Origin: the human T2T-CHM13v2.0 reference genome, Homo sapiens
NCBI RefSeq assembly: GCF_009914755.1
Contig: NC_060932.1
Length of the DNA: 64,000 nt
Direction: 5' to 3' (one strand)
The notes beneath the pieces were generated by a model. The model saw only the letters and a list, made by a program, of their open reading frames with translations, had not been told where the DNA came from and made no database searches. The translations under genes were made by a program, and so were the position numbers. Numbering within the stretch: the stretch's first letter is position 1; each line of letters opens with the position of its first letter. Below are positions 39,171 to 50,714 of this stretch, one piece after another.

Positions 39171-40850
39171 TAATGGTCAGTGCCCTAGAGGTACAAAGAA
39201 TGGGAAGTTTTTGAATCAGGGTAACACAAGGAAGGGTTTGATTATTTCTTTTCTCTTTTTTGTTTGGAGTTTGGTACATACCATTTTTTTATTTCAGGGT
39301 TTATGAAAATTTTTTGCCCTACCTACAGCACTTATTGAGGGTGGTGAACAGGAGAGGGAGGATGAAAATTGGCTTGTATCATCTTTTTTGGCTACAGAAA
39401 GGCCAACTTTAGCTTTGGCTTTCGTGGATTGTAAACGTGCACTGGCACCTGTGAGATGTACAGAGAACTTGGAAGGTTTTTTCAAAGCTTGTCAAGATGT
39501 GGGAACTGAGCTTCAATGTTCTGCAGTATTGACTCAGGCAATGGCTAATTTGGTAACTGACAGATCTAAAAGAAGCCAAGGGTTAAGCCCTAAAGTGGGA
39601 AAATGTTATAAGTGTAGAAAAAGTGGATGTTTGAATGCTGTCAGACCTCTGGGTAGAAGGGATCTTATAACACAGTTCCTCTTTCAACAGAAAAAATGCC
39701 AGGACTTTGCCCTTGTTGCAATAAAGGAAATCATTGAGCTAATCAATGCCACTCAAAATATCATCAAAATGGCACACCCCTGTCTGGAAACGAGAAGGGG
39801 GCCTGGACCTGAGCACCTCAAACTATGAGGGCATTCACTGTCCAGGCCACAACTCCATTTCAGGGATGGGTTTCTGGAGGCATATTGATTCCCTCTTCCC
39901 AGGAATACCTAGAAGCTCAGGATTAGATCTCCCAGTTAGAGAACAGGCTATGTTAATTGGAAGAAAAAACTCACCAAGATTCACAGTGGTATTTAGAGAC
40001 CTTTGCCAACAGGATACATGGGATTAATTTTGGGCAAAAGCTGTCTTAACATACAGGCCCGGGAGTTGTTGATTTTGATTGGGAAGTAGAAATTCGGGTA
40101 GTGGTAATGTCACAAGATCTTTGGGTTTTTGAACCGGGAGAATATGTTGCTCAAGTATTGCTTGTTCCCTGTAAATTGTACCCTTTTCTACATAAGAAGT
40201 AGTGAGGAGGTCAGGGATTTGGAAGTACAAATAGGAGATTTATCCATCACAACCCATAGCATCTCATAGACTCACTTGTGCAGTGTATATTGAAGAAAAG
40301 TTTTGTGGGCTTATAGATACAGGAGCAAGAGATTGGTCTCTCATGGTAATAGATCTTGAGGATTGTTTGCAAGAAGGATAAGCCTCGATTTGCTTTTTTT
40401 GTGTCTGCTGTTAATCAGAAAGAGCCTGTTTCTCATTACTGGTGGAAAGTTTTACCCCATGGTAATTAACCAAAGAGGCAGAAACTGAGTTACAGCTCAT
40501 AGAACAAATGCTCAGCAATGGCATGCCTCCTGGCTACAGCCGCAAGAGCCTTTTCCTTTTTTTCAGTAGATTTACTAACGTGGGGATGAGGGTATGCTTG
40601 TGTTTTTGCAGGAGATGAACAAGCCATGTGGGTGCCCTCAAGATGTTTGCAACCATGGAGACTGGAGGGACCCATGGATTCCAAATATAGGCCTTGTTAC
40701 CCCAGTACGAGCCATGAGCCAGTTGAATCTGAATGTGAAGACAGAACGAGGACAGACTGGAGTCATGTTGACATCAACCCCCATAACATGGGGACAGATC
40801 AAGAAAACCACACAGGAAGCTGAGCAACTGCTGGAATGCCAGGGTTTCAC
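39171..40850 (+). pseudogene. HML-6 gag-pro-pol-env patchwork remnant
   Basis: CA/NC 'DCKRALAPVRC...KACQDVG...KCYKC' and a second knuckle; dUTPase 'GLDL' and 'GFGST'; protease 'GLIDTGA'; RT 'VIDLEDC...WKVLPHG'; IN tail 'GYACVF...WVPSR'; env leader 'ITWGQIKKTTQEAE'. Confidence 0.8.
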
Positions 40851-41185
40851 CTTTTGCTGGAACTCATATAATCAATGCTTAAGAGACCAATGCTTTCTGA
40901 GTTCCTCTCTACCCTGAATACAAGAGACATTAATAGCTATGTGGAAATATCATCACCCCTATTCAGCATGAAGAAGTTGCAGTAGACAGACCTTCATCCT
41001 TCTGCAACCCTTAGGATTAAGGATCTTGTTGTAAAAGGGAAAGGGGAAATATGTAAGAAGCATTCAAACCAGAGTGACACCATTTTGAATAAGGGCTAAG
41101 AAAAATGAAGCTGGATCACAAACTGGCAATTAAGGGCTGCACAGTCTGCAATTGCCTTGCCCAATTAATTTAAAAACAAAGGAGA

Positions 41186-41568
41186 TGTTGGAGGCTACAC
41201 AAATGTTTCTTATGATTAGGCATAATTAAAGCCTGTCAGTAATAATATGAACCTGTGATCAATTAAGCAACTGACCAATTGTTACCTCCTCCTGCTGGTT
41301 CATTCTACCCAATAAATACAAAGGGCAATAGAAGCTTATGGGCTGCCTTTGCTCTCTAGAAGCAGGGAGCTCTCTTCTCCCCATGTTACCTTTCCCTTAA
41401 AACAGTTTTTTTTTCCTTGGTTTTCATTTCTACATTTGTCCATTCATTCAGTCGTAATGATGGTCTCAAGTGGTAACAGTAGTAACTTCTGTAATTACGG
41501 TCTTAAGCAGTAACAGTAGTAGCTGCTGTAATGACAGTCTCAAGTAGTAACTGTGGTAGTCAGCCAGA
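41186..41568 (+). repeat. LTR3-type 3' LTR with three ~38-bp U5 tandem repeats
   Basis: Direct repeat of 37613-37887; units 'gtaatgatggtctcaagtggtaacagtagtaac..' at 41454-41565. Confidence 0.85.
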
Positions 41569-41574
41569 GCTAAT

Positions 41575-41723
41575 TATACTCATGATTGTCTTACATTATT
41601 TGCTAATTCTAGGATGCAAAGCCAGAATAAGAGCAATGACCACCATGCCTGACAAACCTGTTACTGCATACATCTGTGCTCTCCAATCAATAAGGCCGAT
41701 GCGGAAAGCAGAAAAGGGGGAGA
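41575..41723 (+). pseudogene. env: HML-5 env C-terminus (membrane anchor, cytoplasmic tail) and PPT
   Basis: 'LIILMIVLHYLLILGCKARIRAM' continues 'KMLL' from 37612; PPT agaaaagggggaga at 41710-41723. Confidence 0.8.
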
Positions 41724-42202
41724 TGGAGGTGTTCAGTCAGCATGGTGGGAAAAATTGTAAAATAAACCTTCCTGGAAGGACAGAAGGTTTTTGCAAAAGC
41801 CTTAGGATAGAGTTATGGCTGAAGGCAGCCTAATCCTCTTTGAGCTATAGCAAGGGTAAGTAACAAAGGAATGTAGAGGAGTCTATCTAAATAGCTTGTT
41901 TACTCATGTGGACCTATGACTAACCTTTGACCATCTGCAGGTGCATTATTGCTCTCTACTCAGGGGATCGGCAATGGTAATTTGCTTCTAGTGGTGTTTA
42001 CTTGAGACTTCTGTTATTTAATGTGTGCTGAATAAATGCCGGGAAGGCCAGCTAGTTGGGGCCGTGGTTGCAACTCTTTACAGCATTCTCCTGGGAGTCT
42101 GTAAGTGGCCCAGGTTCTCAGCTGGACTGACAAGCATAATATCTATGTCAGTGTACGTTATTCATCCGTTGTTGGGTCAGGGTATGCAGGAGATGGATCC
42201 CG
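41724..42202 (+). repeat. LTR22-type 3' LTR
   Basis: Follows the PPT; direct repeat of 31705-32178; terminal CA degenerate. Confidence 0.9.
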
Positions 42203-43744
42203 TGTAGTGTTGGCCAATCATTTTATATCTAATATAACATGCATTATAAAATGTATAATTTAACATCTTAACAATTCCATCACCTTGCATTTGTTGTGAC
42301 ATGTTATAATTTACAAAGTATTCTTTAAAACATTTATTACCTAATTTAATTTCAAAGTAATCTAATAGGATTGAAATTTTTACTCCATTTGATAACAAGG
42401 AAACTGAGCTTTTGACATTTGGCTAATCACTTATTCAATAAATACCTAAATAACTCTTTTGTATTGCAGAAGCAATAGCTGGTCAGTGTTTTTATAATAC
42501 TGTTATTTTGAGGAGACAAATAATGTCTTCCTAGTGCTCTGTAATCACACCATTACTCAGCTTCTCACCTCTTTTTTTTTGCACCTGTGTGTAATTTCTG
42601 GCTAGATTTTGTCTACGGCACAGCATGATTAAGCAGCTTGGAAGTGCTTCAATGACAATTTGAAGGTGGTGTTTAAAAAGTTTGGAATTATCTTTTTGGT
42701 TCTCTGCATTTGCTAGGTATACACAATTCCTCCCTCAGTGTCCATCTTCATTCAACAATTACAGATAATTCATTTAGTGCTTTGCTTTTAAATATGATTT
42801 GGAATTTATTCTTTTACAGCTTTAACTATGTACACAGATTTTTTTGATAGACACTAATAGCAATATTTGTTGCAAAGGAACTTTGTAAATAGTTTGCCTT
42901 TTCTCTTTGCAAATCAGAGGAATTTGTGTCTGTCAATGAGAAGGCATTGTGGACACTAAAGAGATGTGACTGAAAAATGTGTTAGGTGGAAAAAAGAGTA
43001 CTGCTACAGAAAAGTATGAAAATACATTTATATGCTTTTAGAAACAGCTGTGTTTTGATCATTTATTCACATCTTAGCAAAGGCAATTATATTGCAAAAT
43101 GAAAATGTGATTTTTCATTTTGAAATATAATTATAGCTCATGGAGAAATCTGGAGGAATGTTTATTTTGAGGCTCGTCCCTATAGGTATTAAATGATAAT
43201 GGTGGTTATTAGTTATGAAAGAGAACTGAAGACTCAACCACTCTGCCATAGCACTGAGTCAGATGGTGCTCATTTTGTGTGATGGACAATTGTTTCTCAT
43301 GCAAAAGAGACAAAAATATTCAGTAATAGTTCCTGAGAAGAAGCTATGCAATGGGAACTGAAAACTGACAACGTCCATCAATAGTAGAGCTTATTTGAGA
43401 TGAATTTAAAACATTTACTTTCCAAAATAACATCAGCATATTGTTTTCAGTCAATTTGCTTACTTGTTTTACCCTCATATTGGAATGTAATTGAATCACA
43501 GATCAGGGAATGTCAAAGATGGCACAAGTTCTTGCAATTTTGCATTCCTCTTTCCATAAAAACAGTAAACCATTAGAATTCAGTTTATATACATAATTTC
43601 ACCCTAAGAAAGGAGACTTCTAAGAATATTCTCAGGGACACCTGCCCCATACATATTCTTGTATTTATTTGTAGCATGGATTCACAGAACATGTCAGCTA
43701 AAGCTGGACCAAAGAGATAGTCTAATGCAATTCTATTGTTTTAG

Positions 43745-43890
43745 AGTAAAAGAGGGAGAAGGAGAAGGAGGAGGCTGAGGAGAGGAACTGGAGAATGTAG
43801 TGGAAGGAGAGGGGACAAGGGAAAGAGCCCGGGAGAAGAGGGGAAGGGGACAGAGGAGGAGAGAAAGGAGGGGAGAAGGAGAGGCACAAA
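43745..43890. repeat. GA-rich low-complexity tract
   Basis: Purine-rich run of GGA/GAG/AGA. Confidence 0.7.
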
Positions 43891-43989
43891 GAAGCAAATA
43901 GGTGATTTTGTCCAAAGGAAACAAAGCAAATAGCAGCAACTAAACTAGAATTTAGGGTCTGTAACTCCTCATTTTTGTCCTTTCCATGG

Positions 43990-44200
43990 CCTGGCAGAAT
44001 ATCACAATAGTGAAAATCCTTACTTCTAAACTGTGGCACAGTTCACTGTTTACTAGGTGTATGACCTTGGGTAGATTCCTAAGTCTATCTACTTCAATTC
44101 CCTTACCTATAAAATGGGAGTATTCTAGTATCTACATCATGAGATTGTTGAAAGGATTATATGAAATAGCATGTGTACTACACTTAGTAGAATGCATTTG
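43990..44200 (+). mobile_element. MIR
   Basis: 'ttactaggtgtatgaccttgggtaga...ctataaaatggg...gattgttgaaaggatta'. Confidence 0.65.
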
Positions 44201-44989
44201 TTTGTATCTTTGTGTGGGTGCAAGTGTGTGTGTTCACTGGAGGTTTTGTAATTTTTTCATTACTGTTGTTTCTGGTGTGCTGGTTCACTTGACTCATAGT
44301 TCACATTACAAATGTGAGGGTTCATTCCTCTATTTTTCCAGTCTCATCTTTGATCAGAGGTGATGCCTGGAGTTGGCTTCCAAGTGAGAGTCCTCAGAGC
44401 AACTGTTGAGAATTTAAGTTAAAAATAAATTATCAAATAATGAATTTGATCACTGGTTGACCTGAATATGTATAATACAACCTGTTGAACTCTGATAAAG
44501 TCAGAGTGATTATTGTTGAATGTGAACTTGCTTTTGAATAACAGACACAGTTAACGATACTTGCAAACTGTATCATCAGTACCACCCCAGGGGGTTACAA
44601 GGTTGACCCCACTCGTATCTGGAGATTAAGTTCATTATTTCTGATATTTGTCACTCAGGGATGCCTATCTTAGCTGATTACATGAAAGAACTTTCCAATA
44701 GACCTACTCTAAAGGAATGGTCTGGCTCAGGGAAGCAAGTCCCAGCTGGAGTCCAAGAACAGAGTCTGAGTGATTCACATGGAAAGACTGGAGCAGCCAG
44801 GACTGGAATGTGGAATGGGTGGGCCAATATGCAGACACTGAAGTTCTTTCTCGAAGTGAGCTTTTAGGTCTGGAATTCTTGAATTAAAACTATTAAAGTG
44901 AGGAAACTTTCCTTCTGCATTTCCTTAGCATATGTGGGATTATGTTACTTTGTTACAATGAGCAAATAGAAGCACACACACACACACAA

Positions 44990-47900
44990 CCTTTTTTAGA
45001 GCACTTTTAGGTTCAGAGCAAAACTGAGAGAAAATATAGTGATTTCCTTATGTGCCCTGCGTAACTCCCACATATAGCCTTCCCGATTAGGAACATACCC
45101 CATCAGAGTGGAAAATCTTTGAAAAGTAATGAAACTACAGTGGTACATCATAATCATCCAAAGTCCACAGTTTTTCATTAGCGTTCACTCTTGCCGTTGT
45201 ACATTCTGTGAGTTGAACAAATGTTTAACAACACATATCCATCATTAGCATCATACAGAGTATTTTCCCTGCCTTAAAAATCCTCTACATATCCATTCCT
45301 CCCACCTCCACACCCCAGTCTGACAACACTTTTTTTTTTTTAACTGTCTACATGGCTTTTCCCTTTTCCTGAAAGTCATATAGTTGGGATCATATAGTAT
45401 GTGGCCTTTTCAGATTGGCTTCTTTCACTTAGTAATATGCATTTAAGGTTCTTTTATGTATTTTCATGGCTTAATAACTAATTTCTTTTAATGCTGAATA
45501 ATATTCCATTGTCTGGATATACCAGTTGATTTATCCATTCATCTGCTGAAGAACATCTTGATTGATTCCAAGTTTCAGCAATTACAAATAGGCCTACTTT
45601 CAACATCCATGTGTAGTTTTTTTGTGTGTGTACATAATTCAACTCCTTTGGGTAAATATTAAGGAGCATGATTGCTAGATTGTATGGTAAGAATATGTTT
45701 AGTTTTGTAAGAAACCACTAAAATGTCCTAAAAAGTGGCTGAACCCACTTTGCATTCCCACCAGCAATAAATTACAGTTTCTGTTGTTCCCTATCCTCAC
45801 CATCATTTGGTGTTATCAATGTTATGTTATGAATTTTGGCCCTCTGATAGATGTCAGTAGTATCTCACTTTTACTTTAATTTGCATTTCCCTGAGATAGA
45901 TGTACGACATTTTTTCATGTGCTAGTTTTCTATCTGTAGATCTTTGGTGGGGTATCTGTTAAGGTTTTTGGCTCACTTTCTAATCTGCTTACTTATTGTT
46001 GAGTTTTTAGAGTTTTGGGACTTTAGAGTTTTGTATATTTGGGATAACACTTCCTTACCTGATACGTCTCTTGCAAAAAATATTTTCTCCCGGTCTGTGG
46101 CTTGTCTTCTCATTCTCTTGATATTGTCTTTTTCAGAGTAGAAGTTTTAAATATTAATGAAGCTCAGATTATCATTTCTTTTGTGAATAGTGCCTTTGGT
46201 ATTATATCTAAGAGTCATTGCTATACCTAAGATATTTAGGTTTTCTCCTATGTTATAGTGTAGAAATGTTATAGTTTTGTGCCTAAAATTTAGGAATAAA
46301 ATCTATTTTGAGTGAAATTTTGTAAGGGTATAAGGTCGACGTCTAGATTTATCATTAGTATTATTATTTTGCATGTGGATGTCCAGTTGTTCCAGCAGTA
46401 TTTGTTGAAAAGACTGTCTTTGAGACACTATATTGCCTTGGCTCCTTTATCAAAGATCAGTTGATTGTATGTGTATGCATCCACTTATGGACTCTATTCA
46501 GCTCTATTGATCTTTTTTTCTATTTTTTAGCTATATTATGCTCACTTGATTACTATAGCTTTATACTAAGTCTTGAGATTGGGTAGTGTATTAGTCTGTT
46601 TCCACACTGCTAATAAAGACATACTTGAGACTGAGTAAGTATAAAGGAAAGAGATTCAATTGACTCACAGTTTCACATGGCTGGGGAGGCCTCACAATCA
46701 TGGCAGAAGGCAAGGAAGAGCAAATCACATCTTACATGGTGTCAGGGAAGACAGACCTTGTGCAGGGGAACTCCTTTTTATAAAACTATCAGATCTTGTA
46801 AGACTAATTCACTGTCACCAGAACAGCATGGGAAAGAGCTCCCCCCATGATTCAACTACCTCCCACTGGGTCCTTCCCACAACAGGTGGGAATTGTGGGA
46901 GCTACAATTCAACATGAGATTTTGGTGGGGACACAGCCAAACCATATCAGGTAGTGTCAATCTCTCAACTTGGTTCTTCTGCATCAATATTCTGTTGGCT
47001 ATTCTGAGTCTTTTGCTTCTCCACATAAACTGTAGAATCAGTTTGTCAATATCTACAAAATAATGTTCTGGGATTTTGGTTGGGATTGGAATGAATCTAT
47101 AATCAAGTTGGGAAGAAATAACATCTTGACATTATTGAGTTTTCCTATGCATGAACATAAAATTTCTCTCAGTTTAGAATTTATTTTTTTATCAGAATTT
47201 AATAGTTTTTCTTATATAGACCTTATATATTATAGGTTTATACTTAGGTATATCATTTTGAGGGTGTTAATATAAATGATACTGTGTTTTTAATTTCAAA
47301 GTCTACTTGTCCATTACTGGTATATAGGAAAGCAATAAACTTTTATATATTAATCTGTATCCTGCAACTTAGCTTACTGATGCCAGGAGATTTTTGTCAA
47401 TTCTTTTGGATTTTCTACATAGATTATCATATCATCTGTGAACAAAGGCAGTTTTATTTCTTCCTTCCCAATCTGAATAACTTATTTCCTTTTCTTTTAT
47501 TACTACATTATCTAGGACTTTTACTACACTGTTTAAAATCAGTAATGAGTAATATATCTTTGCTTTGTCCCTGATCTGAGTAGAAATACTTCAAATGTCT
47601 CACCATTAAGTTTGTTAGCCGAAAGATTTTTGTAGATATTCTTTATCAAGTTGAGAAAGTTATTTTCTATTTCTAGTTTACTGAGAGTTTGTAATCAAAA
47701 AAGAGATGTTAGGTTTTGTCAAATGTTGTTCCTGGATCTATTAATAAGATCGTGTGTTTTTTTCTTCTTTAGTCATTGTTGTGATGGATTACATTAATTG
47801 ATTTTCTAATATTGAATCAGTCTTTTAGACCCGGGATAAATTTCATTTGGTTTTGGCATATAAGACTTTTTATGCAGTTGGATTTGATTTGCTAATATCT

Positions 47901-48025
47901 CATTGATATTTTTATATCCTCATTCGTGAGATATATTGGTCTATAGTTTTCTTTTCTCGTAACGTCTTTGTCTGCTTTTGGCATTAGGGTAATGCTGGCC
48001 GTATAGAATGGGTTAGGAAGTATTC
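44990..48025 (-). mobile_element. L1MB/L1MC-type LINE (about 2.7 kb), interrupted by THE1
   Basis: Continuous antisense L1 3'UTR into ORF2 ('LLNIYPKEL...ETWNQSRC'). Confidence 0.85.
46587..46949 (-). mobile_element. THE1 (MaLR) solo LTR
   Basis: tgtattagtc...cagccaaaccatatca; 5-bp TSD ggtag at 46582-46586 and 46950-46954. Confidence 0.92.
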
Positions 48026-50635
48026 TCACATGGCAGAGGGTGGAAGGACAAGCTAGCAAGCTAGTCAAATGCTGCTGTATGAAGCTTCTTTAGGAACTTC
48101 AATCCCATTAATGGGGGAGGAGCTCTTATGGCCTAATCACGTCTTAAAGTCCTGACCTCTTAACACTATAACAATGGCAATACTTGTATTTTAGAGAGGA
48201 TTATGTTTTAACATGAATCTTGTACGGTACAAAAATATTTAAACCTTGGCATTTCACCCCTTGGTCCTCCAAAATTTTTATGGTCTTTTCACATGCAAAA
48301 TACATTCATTCCATCCTAATAGCACCAAAAGTCTTAACGAGTTTCAGCATAAACTTTAAAGTCTAAGTACAGTCTTATCTAAACATCATATGGGTGAGAC
48401 TCAATATGTAATTCATGCTGATGCAAATTCTCCCATGGAAGCTTTGAAATTAAACAAATTATATGCTTTCAAAATACAATGGTGATGTCAACAACAGATC
48501 ATGAGATCTGCAAAGGGAAAAGGGAGGGTCTGGCTTATATAGAATAAGTTTTCACCCCAGTTTTCAATCAGGTTCACTTATGCAAATGAAGAATTCAGAC
48601 TTGTTCCAGAAGTCTCTGTCAGATGTTCCTTTCAAACAGCCAGTGGGGGATGGCTTTTTTAGGCACCATTTATCTTGGCATCAACAAAAGGAACTTATTT
48701 TGCTTGATTGTGAAAAGGGAGGTCCTGTGACACTTTTAAAATATCTTTCTGAGAACACAGAGTATGTGTTCACTCCCTTACCCAGCCATGGCCATCTGGT
48801 TATGTTTTAACTTTAAGCACCTCAGTAGCCATGAAGAATCCATTTTGTCTATCAGCTGTGGCATACTTTATCAATGAAATAGGCATAGAATCGACATTTC
48901 TATTCCAAAAGGGAGAAAAAGGAAAAAAGAAAGGAGGTAACAGGCACCAAGTAAGTCTAAAACCCAACAAGGCAAACAACATTAAATCTTAAGTTTTGAG
49001 AATAATCTTGACTTCCATGTCCTGCCTTCTGACACACTGAAGTAGGGGTTCAGCTTCCAAGACCTTAAGCATCCTCATTCCCATGGCTTTGCTGCGTGCA
49101 GCCCATGCTTCAATTCTCACACACTGAGGGTGCTTGCCTGTAGTGTTTCCAGACTGGAGTGGCATACTGATGGCTCCACATTTCTGGGGTCTCAGGAGCA
49201 GCCCCACTCTCATGGTTCCACTAGGCATTGCCCTAGTGAGGACTTGCTATGATGGCACCAGCCCCACAGTTCCACTGGGCATTGCCCTAATGAGGCTATC
49301 TGTGGTGACTCTGCCTCTGCAACAAGTCTCTGCCTGGGTTCCAAGGCTGTCTGCAACATCTTTGGAAATCTAGGTGGAGGAAGCTATATCTTCATAGCTC
49401 TTGTACTCTGCTGTAGAATTAACACCACATGGATGCTCCCAAAATTCAGTGAACTTGGCCCTGTTTGAGCCACAGCTGGGTGGCCAAGATACACTATTCT
49501 AGAATGTGAGGAGCAGAGACCTGAGGCGACCCTAGGCAGAGAGCCCTGTGTTCTCATACGTACCTTGCACCCACCTCTTTAAGATTTTCTGTCCTCAAGG
49601 ATCTGACAGTCTGGACCTGTGATCAAAGGGCCAGCCTCAAAGGTCTTTGAAACATCTTCAGTGTCATTGCCTCATTTTCTTAATGAATAGCCACATGGCT
49701 TGTTTCTATCTGTAATAATCTCCTTATGGCCACATTCTTGGCTTTCTCTCCTATACATATTTATTGTTTACACAGCTAGGCTGATAATTTTTCACAGCTT
49801 TACATTTTTCTTCCCTTTTAGTTATAAATTCTGTCTCTAAATTATTTCTTTCTTCTTGCATTTTACCACAAACCATCAAAAGAAGCCACATCACAGCCTG
49901 AATGCTTTGCTGCTTAGACATTTCTTCTGCCAAAACTAGTTCATCCTCGTAAGATTTTCCTTCCATAAATTTTCTAGGACACAACATAATTTAGCCAAGT
50001 TCTTTGCCACTTTGTAAAAAGGTTGGCCTTTCCTCTAGTTTCCCATACCTTGTTCCACATTTCCATGTGGAACAAGGCCTCATCAGAATGGCCTTTAATG
50101 TTTACACATGTAACAATGTTCTGTTCATGGCATTACAAGCTATTTCCATCATTCACTTCAAAACTGTTTGAGCTTCTACCCATTACCCAGTTTCAGAACC
50201 ACTTCCGCATCTTTAAGTATCTGTTATAGAAATACCCCTTTTCTCTGGTACCAATTTCTGCCTTAGTTTGTTTGCACTGCTTTAACAGAATACCACCGAA
50301 TGGGTAACTTATAAAGAACAGAAATGTGTTTCTCACGATTCTAGAGGTTGGGAAGTCCAAGATAAAGGGGCCATCATTTGGTCTGGTAAGTACCTTCTTA
50401 CTGTGTCGTCACATGGAATAAGGTGAAAAGTCAGGCTTGTAAGCTAGCTTAAAGCTGTGTGAAGGCTCTTTTATAAGGACCTTAATCCCATTAACAAAAG
50501 AAAAGCCTTCATGGCCTAATCACCTCTTAAAGGCTCCTCCACCTTTAACATCATTACATTGGCCTCACCTGCATTTTAGAGGCAATTAGGTTTCAACCTG
50601 AATTTTGTAAGGACAAAAACACTCAAACCATTGAA
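48025..50635 (-). mobile_element. MST-type MaLR provirus (LTR-internal-LTR), left LTR truncated
   Basis: Homologous LTRs at about 48025-48251 and 50259-50635 ('ggcctaatcac..cttaaag'); MaLR-int between them ('ggtaccaatttc', 'ctttgctgcttagacatttcttctgcca'). Confidence 0.8.
48486..48873 (-). mobile_element. ERV1-like solo LTR (possibly MER67-like) inserted in the MST internal region
   Basis: TG...CA termini interrupting MST-int; near TSD gtga/atga; contains ATGCAAAT. Confidence 0.55.
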
Positions 50636-50639
50636 CTAT

Positions 50640-50705
<66 letters not shown>
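50640..50705. repeat. (TG)n(TA)n compound microsatellite
   Basis: Directly visible. Confidence 0.95.
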
Positions 50706-50714
50706 TACATATTA

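Larger units (their letters stand above)
37613..41568 (+). mobile_element. HERV-K(HML-6)/HERVK3-LTR3 internally deleted provirus nested in HML-5 env
   Basis: LTR3-like repeats at 37613-37887 (interrupted) and 41186-41568; perfect TSD gctaat at 37607-37612 and 41569-41574; PPT 41172-41185. Confidence 0.85.
31705..42202 (+). mobile_element. HERV-K(HML-5)/HERVK22 provirus, defective, hosting nested ERVs
   Basis: Two LTRs of about 475 bp (31705-32178, 41724-42202; roughly 90% identical by eye), PBS, gag/pol/env remnants, PPT; candidate 6-bp TSD tgcagt (31699-31704) / tgtagt (42203-42208). Confidence 0.9.

Noticed and set aside
41454-41565. ~38-bp periodic repeats that look superficially CRISPR-like
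   Set aside because: Degenerate tandem units without unique spacers inside an LTR U5; eukaryotic context and no cas genes.
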